Shown: positions 1 to 13,350, numbered from the stretch's first letter. The stretch is DNA of 64,000 nucleotides from Ostrea edulis (GCF_947568905.1 NC_079167.1:53506001-53570000), one strand, 5' to 3'. A program made the numbers and translations. Notes: generated by a model not told the origin, from the sequence alone.

Positions 1-815
1 GCTCGCTTTATATGATGAAATAATCACCTTTGAAACTCATTCTTACATGTATATGAAAAACAATTTCCCTACGAATTTCTCATAGGAATTTCAAGTATAA
101 TTACATGTGTTGAAGTGTATGCAGATTTAAGACAATCAAAGGTGGTATCAATTAAAGTACTGTAGTCTAAGAATTTCATGTGTCAAATTGAATTCTTAAT
201 TAATATCATACTTCTTACAGTGCAACACTGGTCTTATATTTCATTACCTAATTTAATTGAGATAAGCTTCGCTATCTTAAATTGCATATTAAAAAAGCGT
301 GATTTTTTAAACATTTAATTTTTAAAAGACGGGAAAGAATTTTTTTCCTGGACTTTGTTTCTTGTCACATGAATTTCGTATTATCATTCTTCCTTTTTTA
401 CTAAACTTTTTTGTTCAGACGTGTTCCAAGAAATATTAAATTTTCTATGCTCTTCTCGCGTGAATATACATGCACATGCATATACATGTACGATGTGCGC
501 TGTTTTCAATTGACCGTTTTATGAGAGTTATTCTAACTTTTTTTTCGGTGGAGTGACGTGTATTTGTATATTTTGATAGAGGTCCATGTAACTGTTTGAT
601 ATACATGGTCAAAATGGCAATACCCACAAATACCCCATTCTGTCATTCTGAATTGCTAATACTTTTAAAAATGTCTATCAACTTAAGAAATGAAATAAAA
701 TTCACAATTCAGGTATGTTATAACTGTTTATCGAATGAAATGGATAAAACGTGCATAACTACAGTATTTCCAGTGGGCATTTCCAAAAAATCACCTAAAC
801 TTTATTGTCTTTGAT

Positions 816-2178
816 AACAAGAGGCCAGTATCGTACCCCATACAGGGAATCTCATATTTACATTTAAACCTCAATATGTAGTCCTTTGTGTACATGCTTA
901 TGATCTTTCAAAATATGCATACAATTCCTGTTCATTTACAGAAGAAGGAAAAATGGAAGTTTGAAACATATAAATCATTTTGACACCCCCAACTCCTTCC
1001 CCCTGCTCCCCTGACTTATGGGCCGTGAATTTCACAATTCAAGAAGACATTACAGACATCATAACCATGCATTCAGTTTATCTGCCATGCCAATGACTGT
1101 GCAAGTAGAGAAGAAAAAATAAATTTTAAAAACTTTTTTATTATGTGGCCATATCAGCCCTGCTCAAGGGCCTGGACCCCTGACCCAGGAGCCATGAATT
1201 TCACAATTTAGTAGAGAGCTTCATGAAAATCATAATGATGCATTTAGTTTTTCTCAAATATATATGGGAATAGAGAAGATTTTCTAAGATTTAATACATT
1301 TTCAATATATGGCCATATTGGCCCTACCCTGGGGCCTGAATCCCTGACCCAGGAGCCATAAATTTTAAAATTTAGGTAGAAAGCATTATGGACAACATAC
1401 TGATGCATTTAGTTTTTCTCAAATATATATGGGCCTGGAGTAGAGAAGATTTTCTAAGATCTAATACATTTTCACTGTATGGCCATATTGGCCCTACCCT
1501 GGGGCCTGAATCCCTGACCCAGGAGCCATAAATTTTAAAATTTAGGTAGAAAGCATTATGGACAACATACTGATGCATTTAGTTTTTCTCAAATATATAT
1601 GGGCCTGGAGTAGAGAAGATTTTCTAAGATCTAATACATTTTCACTGTATGGTCATATTGGCCCCGCCCTAGGGCCTGAACCAGGAGCCATTAATTTCAC
1701 AATTTAGGTAGAGAGCTTCATGGACATCATAATCATGCATTTAGTTTTTCTCAAATATATAAAGGAGCAAAGAAGAAAATTTTCTAATATTTAATACATG
1801 TTCACTATATGATCATATTGGCCCTGCCGTAAGGCCTGAACCAGGGGCCATGAATTTCATAGATTTAGTACCGGTAGTGGGCTTTATGGACATCATATCC
1901 ATGTATTTAGTTTTTCCCCACATATGTGGGAGTAGAAAAGAAGATTTTTGAAAATATGACCTTTTTTAGCATATTTAGCCTCGCCCATGAGGTCCCAGGG
2001 GTAGGTAATAAACACAATTTACAGTTCTCTTATCTTAGATATGATTCACACCAAAAAATCGTAACAATTGGCCTTGTAGTTTTCAAGAAGTTAAAAATGT
2101 AAGATTGTTAACGGAAGATGGACGACACACGACGACGGACGAAGACCAACGGCAATAGGCCACCTGAGTGACCTAAAA
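816..2178 (+). mobile_element. Helentron-associated non-autonomous element (HINE) carrying a ~165-170-bp satellite-like array (Cg170-like)
   Basis: Starts aacaagaggcc. Tandem units have ggccatattg at 1311, 1481 and 1651 (period 170), about 6 units over 985-2030. The 3' end gacggacgaagaccaacggcaataggccacctgagtgacctaaaa is typical of oyster HINEs. The family name is from memory. Confidence 0.8.
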
Positions 2179-2449
2179 TACTTTCGAAAGTTATGGTGTA
2201 AGTATATTAGAGTTCCAACAATCTGGCATTGTGAAGAATGCTTGAGAACATGTACATGTACGTATGCTGAAATATAAATGGCTGCAATATCTATAACTTT
2301 ATTACTATGTATGGACGGGGTTCACTTTCCAGTTAAAACAATTTCCTGCTTACACCTTAATACAGAGAATGGATATCATACTTTCATATATGTAAAAACA
2401 GGACATGCGAACTTGGTTTCTTTGTGAAAATGCCGTATTTCGAGTCTAA

Positions 2450-2800
2450 ATCCCCGACCTATGAACCACGAATTTCATACTTTTGGTTGAGGCCTCCGTG
2501 TGTAATATAATTATGTTTCCTGAATGAATTTTTTAATCCCTCAATGAAGAACCATAAGTTTCACATTTTCGGTAGAATCTTAAGTGTTATACCAAATGGC
2601 CAGGAGTAAAGATTCTTGGTAGAAGGTACCAAAAGGAAAGGGTCCACCTAATTAATCATTTTTGTTTCCCTACCCTAGCACTTTGGTGAAAATTTTTAGA
2701 TACTTTCTGAGAAGTCAAAATGTTCAAAATTTATCGATGCATGTTGGACGACGACGGACGGGCAGATATAGCAATCAAGTACACTGAGCACCAGTAAGGA
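2450..2800 (+). mobile_element. Degenerate HINE fragment of the same satellite-bearing family
   Basis: Diverged array motifs (atgaaccacgaatttcatacttttggttgaggcct) plus the 3' motif ggacgacgacggacgggcagatatagcaat. Confidence 0.5.
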
Positions 2801-2867
2801 TCCGTAAAAATTAGCATCTAATTTTGTAAGCTATACCTACATACATGTATACATTCGTAGGAAAAGA

Positions 2868-3400
2868 TATCAATCTATCAGGAGATGAAATATGACGCAT
2901 AAAGAGAACAGATATCACGCTATCAAAAGAAGAATACCACGCTCTCAGAAGCAGAGATATCACACTATCAGTAACAGATATCACGCTGTCAGAAGAATAC
3001 CACGCTCTCAGGAGCAGATATCAAACTATCAGAAGAATAGATATTAGAATGCTATTGGAAGCAGAGATATCACGCTATCAGAAGAAGAATACAACACTCT
3101 CAGGAGCAGATATTAAACTATCAGGAGAAGAGATATCACGCTAGATATCACGGTATTAGGAGAAGGATACCACGCTCTTAGGAGCATAGATCTCACGGTA
3201 TCAGGAAAATACCACGCTCTCATGAGCATAGATATCACGGTATCAGTAGATATCGCTATTGGGAGAAGAGACATCCCGCTATCGGGAGAATATATATCAC
3301 GCTATTCATAAGAGATATCACGCTCTCAGGAGAAGAGATATCACGCTCTCATGAGAAGAGATTTGGGGGAAGAGATATCATGTGATCAGGAGCAGAGATG
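2868..3400. repeat. Degenerate short tandem repeat (gatatcacgctatcaggagaaga-like, ~20-25-bp units)
   Basis: About 20 imperfect copies of gatatcacgct(a/c)tcag are visible. Confidence 0.85.
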
Positions 3401-4120
3401 TCACATTATCGAATGGTAAACCAGGGATGTTGTTAGAACATGTATCCTCCTTTCCCCTTAATCACGGTATACAAGATTACATACTAACTCATTAAGCAAG
3501 AAATGTATTAGAAAAATATAAATCCTATGTGGCAATACTGAAATGGGTCAACTGTCTATAATGATAGTGAAAAAAAGGGTAATCTACTACAGTCAACGAC
3601 AACCACTTCTACAGTTTACGACAATAATGACAGACAACCGATAAATTTCTATCAGAATACCTAACTTGAGCCTTAAGAGCATTGTGCTAAAAATATACTG
3701 AATAGGTTTTTCTCTCTTATATTTGACCTATGATCTTGAGACAGTCATAATCAAAAGAGGTCAAATATTATGACATTTTGACCGGAAAACAAAATATATA
3801 GTGTTCACAAAATATGTACCATAACAGAATAAAACAATGACTATATTGATGATATTCAGCAAACGATTCTCAAAATATGGAACAGATACTATTTTCTTAT
3901 TTATAATATAGAAGAAAAAAACCCTTTAATCTTATAACCTCAAAATTAATATGGGTCATCTGCTCCTTAGGGGGTACCAGTGTACCAAGTTCGATGACTA
4001 TCTCAAAATATGAGTCGACATTTTCTTATGTTCAAAGTAGTTTGACCTTTGATGTTATGACCTCAAAATTAATAGAAGTAGTCTATTTCTTAGGGGCGAG
4101 TTGGATAGTTGCAAAGCAAA

Positions 4121-4397
4121 GATTGATTGATTGATGTTTTCGGTCACATTCAACAATTTTTCAATTATCTGGTGGCGCCCAGTTTTTATTGGTGGAAGAG
4201 AGAACCAAAATACAATGTACCCAGAAAGAGACCACCGACCTTCCGAAAGTAAATTGGGAAACTTTCTCACTTACCGGCACGAGTAGGATTCGAACCCGCG
4301 CCGACCAAAGGTGAGAGGCCGTGTGATTTTGAGCGCGATGCTCTCTCTCTCTCTTTCTGTCTTTGAGCGCGATGCACTAACCACTCGGCCACGGACC
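4121..4397 (-). mobile_element. tRNA-derived SINE (V-SINE-like body)
   Basis: On the minus strand: A-box TGGCCGAGTGG, B-box GGTTCGAATCC (+ strand 4286-4296), body ggtcggtggtctct...ccaccaataaaaactgggcgccacc and an (ATCA)n tail. A (CT)n insertion and a duplicated gagcgcgatgc lie in the head. Confidence 0.8.
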
Positions 4398-4429
4398 AAA
4401 GGGTACTCGATGGATTTTAAGCGGACAAC

Positions 4430-5423
4430 TATGGAGCGCCAAATTAACATAAACTCAAATAATTGAAGATATCTTAAATTTTTTGAAGATATCATCAATT
4501 CAATTATTGCTCTCTTTATTTGAATTAATGCGCGCATTAAATCAATTATTGCTCTCATCAAATGAATTAATGCGCGCTTCAATTCAAGTATTGCTCTCAT
4601 CAATTGAATTAATGAGAGCATTAATTGATTTAATGCGCGCATTAATTCAATTATTGCTCTCCTCAATTCAATTGATGAGAGCATCAATTGAATTAATGAG
4701 AGCAATAATAGATTTGATGCGCGCATTAATTCAATTATTGTTCTCTTCAATTCAATTGATGAGAGCATCAATTTCGTAGAAATATTGCTCGCAATAATTA
4801 ATTTAGAGCTCGGTATAAGTAATTTGATGATCTCTTTAATTCAATTGAAGATATCTTTAATTATTTACAATGCTTTTGTATAAGGAATTAATGCGCGCAT
4901 CAATTCTTTTAAAGAGAGCAACAATTCAATTAAAGAGATCATCAATTCAATTGTGGATATGTTGAATTGAAGATATCTTTAATTATATAGTTGCTCTATC
5001 TCTAAAAGAATTATTGCTCTCTTCAAATGAATTAAAGATATCATTAATTCAATTGACAAGAGCAATAATTGAATTAATGCGCGCATGAAATCAATTATTG
5101 CTCTCATCACTTGATTTAATGCACACATTATATCAATTATTGCTCTCTTCAATTGAATGGTAGCGCGCATCAATTCAATTGTTGATATCATCATTCATTT
5201 GAAGAGATCATTAATTCAATTAAAGCGCGCATTGATTCAGCTGAAGAATTAATGATATCATCAATTCAATTAATGCGCGCAATAATTCAGAATTGAAGAC
5301 ATCATTAATTATTTGAAGAGATCTCTAATTAAATTGTTGCGCACATCAAATGAATTGATGATATCTTCAAATAATTGAAGATATCTTCAATTATTTGAGT
5401 TTATGTTAATTTGGCGCTCCATA
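4430..5423. mobile_element. Non-autonomous DNA transposon with TATGG...CCATA termini and a 6-bp TSD (IS3EU-like)
   Basis: TIR tatggagcgccaaattaacataaactcaaataattgaagatatc (~45 bp) at both ends. TSD GACAAC at 4424-4429 and 5424-5429. The interior is ~21-bp periodic repeats. The superfamily is inferred from termini and TSD length. Confidence 0.8.
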
Positions 5424-5513
5424 GACAACACTTGATCTATCGACCATACCGACCGACAGGTGCAAATCAATATACAATACCTTCTCCTTTTCAAATAGGA
5501 AAGGGGCACAACA

Positions 5514-6470
5514 AGCATGGCGAAAAAGAACAACATATATAATGAATGCTTTGCAATTAGCAATACATTTCTCTAGTTTAATTATAAAAACAAAGAATCT
5601 AAGAAATATTCGGCGATGGCTAATGACCAGAACTTCCCCAACGATATATTATTCGTACGGGTACTCCATTACACGAAATATGCCGAAAACAATAAGCATG
5701 GCATTGGATACGCATGTAGTGACTAGTGAACTGGGACATACTGACCTGCCGAACGAAAAGATCATTGGCTCGTGGATGTGCATAAGTCTACCAAGTATGA
5801 AGTCTGAGAGGTAAAACGTTCTTCTATTACCCATTGTACTAGACCCATTACACATATAAAATCTGTCTAGCCTGGTAGTGACCTTGGCTATATTGACCTG
5901 TCGATAAATATGGATCGTGCGCACATTAATGTGTATCAGCCTACCAAGTATGAAGTCCGAGAGGTAGAGCGATCTCCAGTTTATCCATTTAAGTTACGGC
6001 TTCATGAAATGTATGCTGGCGTGAAGCGTTGCAGTTCATACCCTCATGTATTTTCAAAAATAAAAATCTTTATAGATGCATTTTACTTTCATTTCTGTCG
6101 GAATTCCCGGTCGTTAAAATAGAAGTACAATACATGTAATCATTAAGATTCTACCCGCATTGTTTATGACTGTAACACATTCATGAGGAAATGGCTTTCA
6201 TTACAATTTGTAGAGATATTAAAGGCAAAAACGTTGGAACAATCTACACATGAAACCTTTCTGGCCTGGTAGTGACCTTGACCTCGGACATCTGAACTGC
6301 GGAGCAATTTGATTTTTGTATCAGCCTACCCAGTATGAAGTATAATAGGTGGAGCGTTCTCCAGTTACTATGTAGTATCTGCTACACGTGATATGGGGGA
6401 TCGACTGACCGATATATCGACCGACCGACATTTGCAAAACAATATGCCCTTTTTTCTGCAAAGGCGAACA
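5514..6470 (+). mobile_element. HINE-like element with ~3 diverged internal units
   Basis: Repeated motif ctaccaagtatgaagtc...gaggt at ~5788, ~5941 and ~6327. The 3' motif is gaccgaccgacatttgcaaaacaatatgccc. Confidence 0.5.
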
Positions 6471-7544
6471 TCATAAAGCCATAGAAACTACACATAAAAA
6501 TCGCAACAATGCGTCTCATAACAGCTTACTGTACATGATTAAAGATGAGTGACTTTAAGAATTGTTTCATGGAGCACTGTTATAATTTTGAAATATTGGA
6601 TGTGTGTTACTACTACTCACTTTCCGTGACTTCCTCGGGTTAATAGGTTGGTATTCAGTATCAATAATTAATATTCATATGTTATTGGTGAGATATGATA
6701 TCTGAATACCAAATACGTTTCTGATCAAAAATGGAATCAATTTTAACACTAACAAGCGATATAGAAGTGAAAGGTGACACTTTTTAAAATTTAAAATTGA
6801 GAGCCATAACTATTAGTTTACATGTAGCTATGGATAGAAAACCAGCATAGCTGTGTTTCTCACAGGTAAAATTAAAAATGAACACCAAATGACGATGTTT
6901 ATATCATGAAAAGTAATAATAATTCTTTAAACCATTACATAATAACATTTACTAATTTTTCATTATTTGCCAACTGTTACTGGAGTCTCGTGTAGATCCG
7001 TGATCTTGACAAAGAGCGAATAAATCACATTTATCTCTGTTCTGTAACCGTCTTTCCGACATAATTGATTATCTAATATATAACATTTCCCTTGAAACTT
7101 ATCTTAGAACTTAAATTCAAGTAACTGAAGGTTAATGATCAACCTTGGAATTTCAAACTATAGCGGAAACGGAAGAACATTTTTATTCTTTTGAGTGTAA
7201 ACGCAGACATAAAATGCTCTCCCCAAAGTTTAATAAATTAAACATTTAGAGGAGAGTCGGGAAGATTAATCCTGCTTTCCAACACCTGCCTCCTTGCATA
7301 AATTTTGTTCATCAAACTCACGAAGGACATTTTGTGACAGTAATTCTTTGAATTTTACCTCTTAAAAGAAATGAAAACTTTTCCGTGACTACTGTGGGGG
7401 AAAAATTATGTGGTGAAGTTAATTATATTTGTATATCTATTGGCCCTTCATCTCTCGCTATCTCTCTTTCCTTTGGGAAGGGAGGCAATTTCGATATGAC
7501 ATTTTTTCAACTATGTTTGTTAAAAAACCAGCCAGTATAATGCG

Positions 7545-8575
7545 AGTTAATGATTCTGAATATATGCAACATGTATATGATTTATTTAATGATTCTGTAA
7601 ATATAAGTTAAATCTACATGATTTATCTAATGATTCAGAATATAAGTTACATGTACATGATTTATCTAATGATTTTGTCAATAAGTTACCTGTATATGAT
7701 TTACTTAATAATTCTGTCAATATCAGGTAAATGTATATGATTTATCTTATGACTCTGTAATCAAGTTACATGTACATGATTTATCTAATGATTCTGTATA
7801 TAAGTTACATGTATATGATTTATTTAATAATTCTGTATATAAGTTACATGTACATGATTTATTTAATGATTCTGTATATAAGTTACATGTACATGATTTA
7901 TTTAATGATTCTGTATATAAGGTACATGTACATGATTTATTTAATGATTCTGTAAATATAAGTTACATGTATATGATTTATCTAATGATTCTGTAAATAT
8001 AAGTTACATGTATATGATTTATCTAATGATTCTGTAAATATAAGTTACATGTACATGATTTATCTAATGATTCAGAGTACAAGTTAAATGTACATGATTT
8101 ATTTAATGATTCTGTAAATATAAGTTACATGTATATGATTTATCTAATGATTCAGAGTATAAGTTAAATGTACATGATTTATCTAATGATTCTGTAAATA
8201 TAAGTTACATGTATATGATTTATCTAATGATTCAGAATATAAGTTACATGTATATGATTTATCTAATGATTCTGTAAATATAAGTTACATGTATATGATT
8301 TATCTAATGATTCAGAATATAAGTTACATGTATATAATTTATTTAATGATTCTGTAAATATAAGTTACATGTACATGATTTATCTAATGATTCTTTAAAT
8401 AAGTTACCTGTATATGATTTATCAAACGATTCTGTCAATAAGTTACATGATTGATTGATTTAGTGTTATTTAACGTCCCACTCGAGAATTTTTCATTCAT
8501 ATGGAGACGTCAAATAAGTTACATGTATATATGATTTATCTAACGATTCTGTATATAAGCTATTATTTATCTAAT
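7545..8575. repeat. Minisatellite, 39-41-bp unit ataagttacatgtatatgatttatctaatgattctgtaaat (~23 copies)
   Basis: Direct inspection; for example agttacatg at 7961 and 8002. Confidence 0.95.
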
Positions 8576-8821
8576 GATTATGTCCTCAGTACCCCTTGCT
8601 TGTCGTAAGAGGCGAATAAATAGGGGGTCCTTCGGATGAGATCGCAAAAACCGAGGTTCCATGTCACTGTAAGTGTGGCACGATAAAGAATCTTCCCTGA
8701 TCAATGTCCATAAACGCCGAGCATACGCTAAATTTTGTAGCCCTTCACCGACAATGGTGACGTTTCCATATGAGTAAAAGATTCTCGAGAGGGACGTTAA
8801 ACAATATACAATCAATCAATC
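8449..8821. mobile_element. Two oppositely oriented fragments of one SINE (Meta/Deu-domain-like bivalve SINE) at the end of the minisatellite
   Basis: 8580-8821 (+): cagtaccccttgcttgtcgtaagaggcg...gggacgttaaacaatatacaatcaatcaatc. 8449-8511 is the reverse complement of the same 3' tail. Confidence 0.75.
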
Positions 8822-9065
8822 TAATGATTCTGAATCTGAATCCGCAGATTCTGAATATGTTACATATATAATGATTTCTATTATACGTTTTAACAGAGTT
8901 TTGATTTATTTCCGTTTTTGCTTAATCGTGCACATGAATTCTTCTTTATATCAATATTACATGTATTTCACAAATGTTTAGAAAATGATCAAGATTCTGA
9001 AGTTCAATATTGAACATAACGTAATGTCAATCAAATTTGAGTGAGATCAGATATACTGCACACCC

Positions 9066-9420
9066 TGTCACTGAAACACAATATGTAGGTCAGGTGCAGG
9101 ATCGCAGTGAGATGGAGGAAGTAATCGTAGATGTGTCATTTGCTCTGCATTCCTCTTGCGGTAAGGTCAGCACAAACGCCGTCCTTAACCTTGTTTGTAT
9201 CTAATGCAGTGTGCATTATGTATCATCCTCTTGCTTCAGATAGCTGTTTCTCATTTCCTCTCTCAGTGAATAAACGTGTAGTGTGTGACAGCGTGGCGAG
9301 AAATCTATTGTCATTAAAAGCAAGTTTAAGTAACTTGCTTAGATGGACGAGGGTTTAACTCTCTGGTTGTGGGCGTAGGTAAGGTTCCGCAGATCTTGAG
9401 CTCAAATCTTGGTCTAAGCT
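9066..9420 (+). mobile_element. Possible solo-LTR-like segment
   Basis: GC-richer island with TG start candidates and AATAAA near 9268. No TSD or partner LTR was confirmed. Confidence 0.2.
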
Positions 9421-12400
9421 TGTAATGTATGATAATGGTAATTTCTCACTAAAATCCAACACTCTTATATCCATAAATGTCGGATTTATGAAATAGGGAC
9501 ACAGTCAAGACGGACATTATATAAAGCACTTACCAACACCATGTCCAATGAATGTTGTCAAATTATCGGAACAAAGAAGTTATAACCAGTACTATTTTGT
9601 CACTGTACTATGCAATTGCAGATATCACCGGACAAGTCAGACAAATTGTCTTACAATATATAAAAAGAAACAAAAGAGCAGCGGAGTCTCGTTCGTCATT
9701 ACTTATCAACCTGTCCTTGTCGATATTTTAAAAAAGAATAGCAGAAGTGTTTATAGTCATCCCTGACTGTCTGTAGGTATCCCTGGGATTAAAGGAGATG
9801 GGGAGGTATTGACCACACTGGACAATCCATTGCCAAATGGAGGCTTTAAATGTGTAATGATTTTAGATGTCTATAGTACAATTCCTATATTATAAAATTA
9901 TGGAGCTGAGAAAAATACTTTTAATCCTCATGACCTTTACTTTTTCGCAATGACCTTGAATGAGGATAATGAACATTGATACAATGCTTTCGATGTTCAC
10001 AATTATTTATAGACATAATAAATTGTATGAGACATGAAGTAGTTGCTTCGAATTTGCAGCTTAACATACATCCACCACAAACTTCCTCTCTGTGTGCGTG
10101 AGCGAGACAGACAAAAAGAGATGGGTCCAAGAGCGATAACTCTAAAGGTGTACATGTACACGCATACGGAAGATGCCTGTCTGATGTTGATTAATTCCAT
10201 ATAAGTCTATGCTATATATCTACAAAACACAAACTCCACAGGCTTGTATTGCAAATCATGAACCACTTCTCATTACCTACATTGAATGTTCAATATTATA
10301 TCTTATAAAATAGTTTGCATTCTTTAAAGATCTTTCTCAAAATGACCCTCTAAATTTAAAATTTAAGTCCATCTCTGTGAACACCACATCTTGAAAGCCA
10401 ATGGATTTTGGTCCACTTCACTCCCCATATTATGGAGAGCACAGTGGACCGAAAACCCTTGGTTTGCGCATTGTGAAACGGGACTTCCGGTCAAAGTAAC
10501 GATGCATTGTTACCGTCTTCCTTGGAAGACGGTATACAGAGTTGAAGTGTTTTACAGTCTTCGGACTTTGCACTTCCTCTCTTTTTTCATTGGTAGAAAG
10601 TGCATGAAGTGAAAATTTTCAATTATTTCATTAGTTGAAATGCTCTTCAAGGCAAGGGAGATAATTTTCTGGTGTTCTAATTTTCGTACGACTTAATAAT
10701 TTTTCAAGATTTTCAATCTTTAAAAAATCGACAAAACGAACAAAAGAAAAATGCAATTCATGAAATTGACACACAAAGCATTTCTATGGTTACTTCATTT
10801 ACAGCAATGTTTTCATTTTTGCATACAAACAGAAAAACGCGCCGGTTTTTTGTTTTTGTTTTGATTGCTTGTGTTTTGGGAATTGTCTATTCGGTATTCA
10901 CCATGAAAACACGTGTAGTCTAAATCTACCATTTATTCAAGAACACAGAAAAACGTGACGTCATACACAACAGTACACAAACAGCTGATCAAACAGTAAA
11001 TGAATGAATGAACATGAATCCAAAACAGTTTTAATGATACCTTAAGCTAAGAATTACATAAGAATAATTAAGGCTTGACTTCAAAATGAGGATCACTGGT
11101 TTTTTTAAAGCATGCAAAAGAATAATCCATCCACCTGTTATTACAATTTAGGTAAACGAGTATAATTTATGCATTTTCAGGGACTTCCAGAAGTATAGTT
11201 AATTATGTGTGATTGTTCCATATTTTTTCTTACATATCATAGAGTGACGTTTTTTCATGATTTAAATCAGAGACACAATGGTATTTATGTCTGTGAAGTA
11301 ACGTTGAATCACAAGAATTTTTATTCAATTTAACTTACTAGAATTTTGATGAATCCACTCTTGATTTCTGATATGTATTTTATGATATAATTTTTGGCAA
11401 AACTATTACAATATTCCCAGGTCTTTATCCTGGTTCATTTCTAAAGCAGTTGTACTGTACAATATGCAAGAATAATTTTCATGCAAATTTGAGCAATTTA
11501 AATCTTTTTAGTTTGTTTTGTTTCATAACTTTGTTAAAAAAAAAATTTTTTGATATACACACTGAAAATCTCAGTTTCATTTGATATATCAGTGCTAATA
11601 CAGGGAACGGTGATTTTGATTTCCAGTACATATACCCTTCATAAATACAAACTTTTACAAGCTTTGTAGGCATGATGTCCGTGAGATTATTTATTTTAGC
11701 CTAATTCAATAATGAAGACAAGGGACATAATTCAACTTCGCTCTGTAGAGTTGCTGCTAAAGACGGCAAGCTTTTTTAAAAAAGCTTTACTTGTCTTGAT
11801 CATTTGTCAGACCGCAGGCTGACTAATTATGGCGGGTTAAACTTCAAGTGCGTTTGCGCGTTCAGGGGATTCTGGGAGGTGGAGCTCTAGTAATTTATTC
11901 CCGATATTGTCGTGTTCAGTGAAAATGGAACCTGTCAGATATATAACGTCTTTGGTGTACCGGTAAGTCATTAATAAAAGAACTAAATAAAATCACTTTT
12001 AGAATGCTATATCTTTAAGTTTTATTTTAGTCAGCCTTTAGACTACTGTATAGCAGGCCATTCTTTAGAAATTTCTGTTTGAATTAATGAATTCTTATAA
12101 GAATTCATTCGTGCAAACCTTTAATATATAATATTTAAGAAAATCAATAACAGTAAAACAATCGCATAGGTGTCTTCCGACTATAATTGGATGCCAAGAA
12201 AACCAATAAGAACCTTTGTACTATAACTTTCGCATAGCGATGCATTCCATAATACGCCGGTTTCGAGATAGGTCCGAGTTACTTCCCTTTGGAGAACTCT
12301 CGTATAGAGTAAGGCGCGTAATAACTTGTTTAAATGCGGGAGTGGACAAACAGTAAGTTTCCCATACGCAGTTTCATCAACCAAATTCGACTGATACACA

Positions 12401-12538
12401 AACTAAGTAAATGATAAGTATTAATTAAAATACAAGGGATTCTTATTATATCACGTTATTTTGTCGCTCGTACGTATCATATCCAGGATATTACTTGCAA
12501 AGATGACATTGTTTTTATGTTTCTTGAAAAGAACTTAA

Positions 12539-13350
12539 AGGGAAAGGCAACTCATGATTTTTACATGATAAATGATAGGACTAATTATATGATAAAGATT
12601 TGTCATATTATTCTGTTGATACATGTATACGGCCTAGATAAGCTTCAGTACCAATTTGAAAACGTTAAAAATTGAAATTCCCGCGATCTATAGAGGCTGC
12701 CATGATGTGGAGGTCTTTTGCATTCAAGACCACAAAAATCAATGATTTTGACGTCACACCGTCTGTTTCGGTTTTGATGAGATTCTAAGATCATCAAATA
12801 TGTGCATGTGGTAAATATTACGAATAAGTAGGTTGATGCCTTCATGTCAAGCAATTAATTATACCAATGCGAAGGGGATATGTGAAAAAAGTTTTTGTTT
12901 TGAAATTCCCGACCCAACCAAGACATTTGAAAAGAAATGACTACGTAAACTGTGGATCCTTCATTTGCGTAATGACAAGCTGAGGTCCGAGACATTTGTA
13001 TGAAGAAACGTTTACCGTCTGCCTAGTCTGCGACTCGACTGAACGTCTTCTTTTCTCAATTCCTTCTTGCGAAAGAACGGGCTCAAATCTATACGGCTGA
13101 AAATGTAACTGTTCGTGACTTGTCATGTTTACAGTACTACTGATGAAATAAACCGGAACAGACGGTGTGACGTCATAAATTTAACATCAATGGTCGCTCT
13201 CTTAGCGGTGGGTAATTTAAAATACATGATAGATTTATATTGATTTAATTGTCAAGCAACTATTTTTGTTTTTAAAGACTGTCATTTACGATATCAGTAA
13301 GTAAAACTTTATTCATAAAAGCAACAATGTGGTTAGAGTTGCCTTTCCCT
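12539..13350. mobile_element. Kolobok-like non-autonomous DNA transposon with an accessory-ORF (KolX-like) remnant
   Basis: TTAA|AGGGAAAGGCAACTC...GAGTTGCCTTTCCCT|TTAA. Internal inverted repeat gacgtcacaccgtctgtt at 12750-12767 and 13157-13174. The minus-strand ORF 12941-13126 contains QPYRFEP. Confidence 0.75.

Larger units (their letters stand above)
3690..5515 (+). mobile_element. HINE-type element hosting a nested SINE and a nested IS3EU-like element
   Basis: tgacctt-type repeat units at 3720-4110. The sequence resumes after the insertions with gacaacacttgatctatcgaccataccgaccgac and ends in a hairpin-like 3' end near 5490-5510. Confidence 0.5.

Noticed and set aside
4280-4397. tRNA gene-like A/B boxes (also 25955-26030)
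   Set aside because: Attached to a SINE body and tail, or lying inside a MITE; no complete cloverleaf.
4271-5194. Leucine-rich heptad ORFs (LMRALIQLLLSSIEL) on both strands, also at 45682-46812
   Set aside because: By-products of 21-nt periodic repeats inside a TIR- and TSD-bounded element; open on both strands with no splice or gene context.
7545-8575. CRISPR-like regular repeats (also 34071-34320 and 63753-64000) and their ORFs (MYMIYL..., RFTYSHLPRKRIRHLS...)
   Set aside because: Head-to-tail units with no unique spacers and no cas genes, in a eukaryotic context; ordinary minisatellites.
11900-11970. ATG...CG|GTAAGT, a possible first exon (MEPVRYITSLVY)
   Set aside because: Strong donor but no downstream exon was identified.
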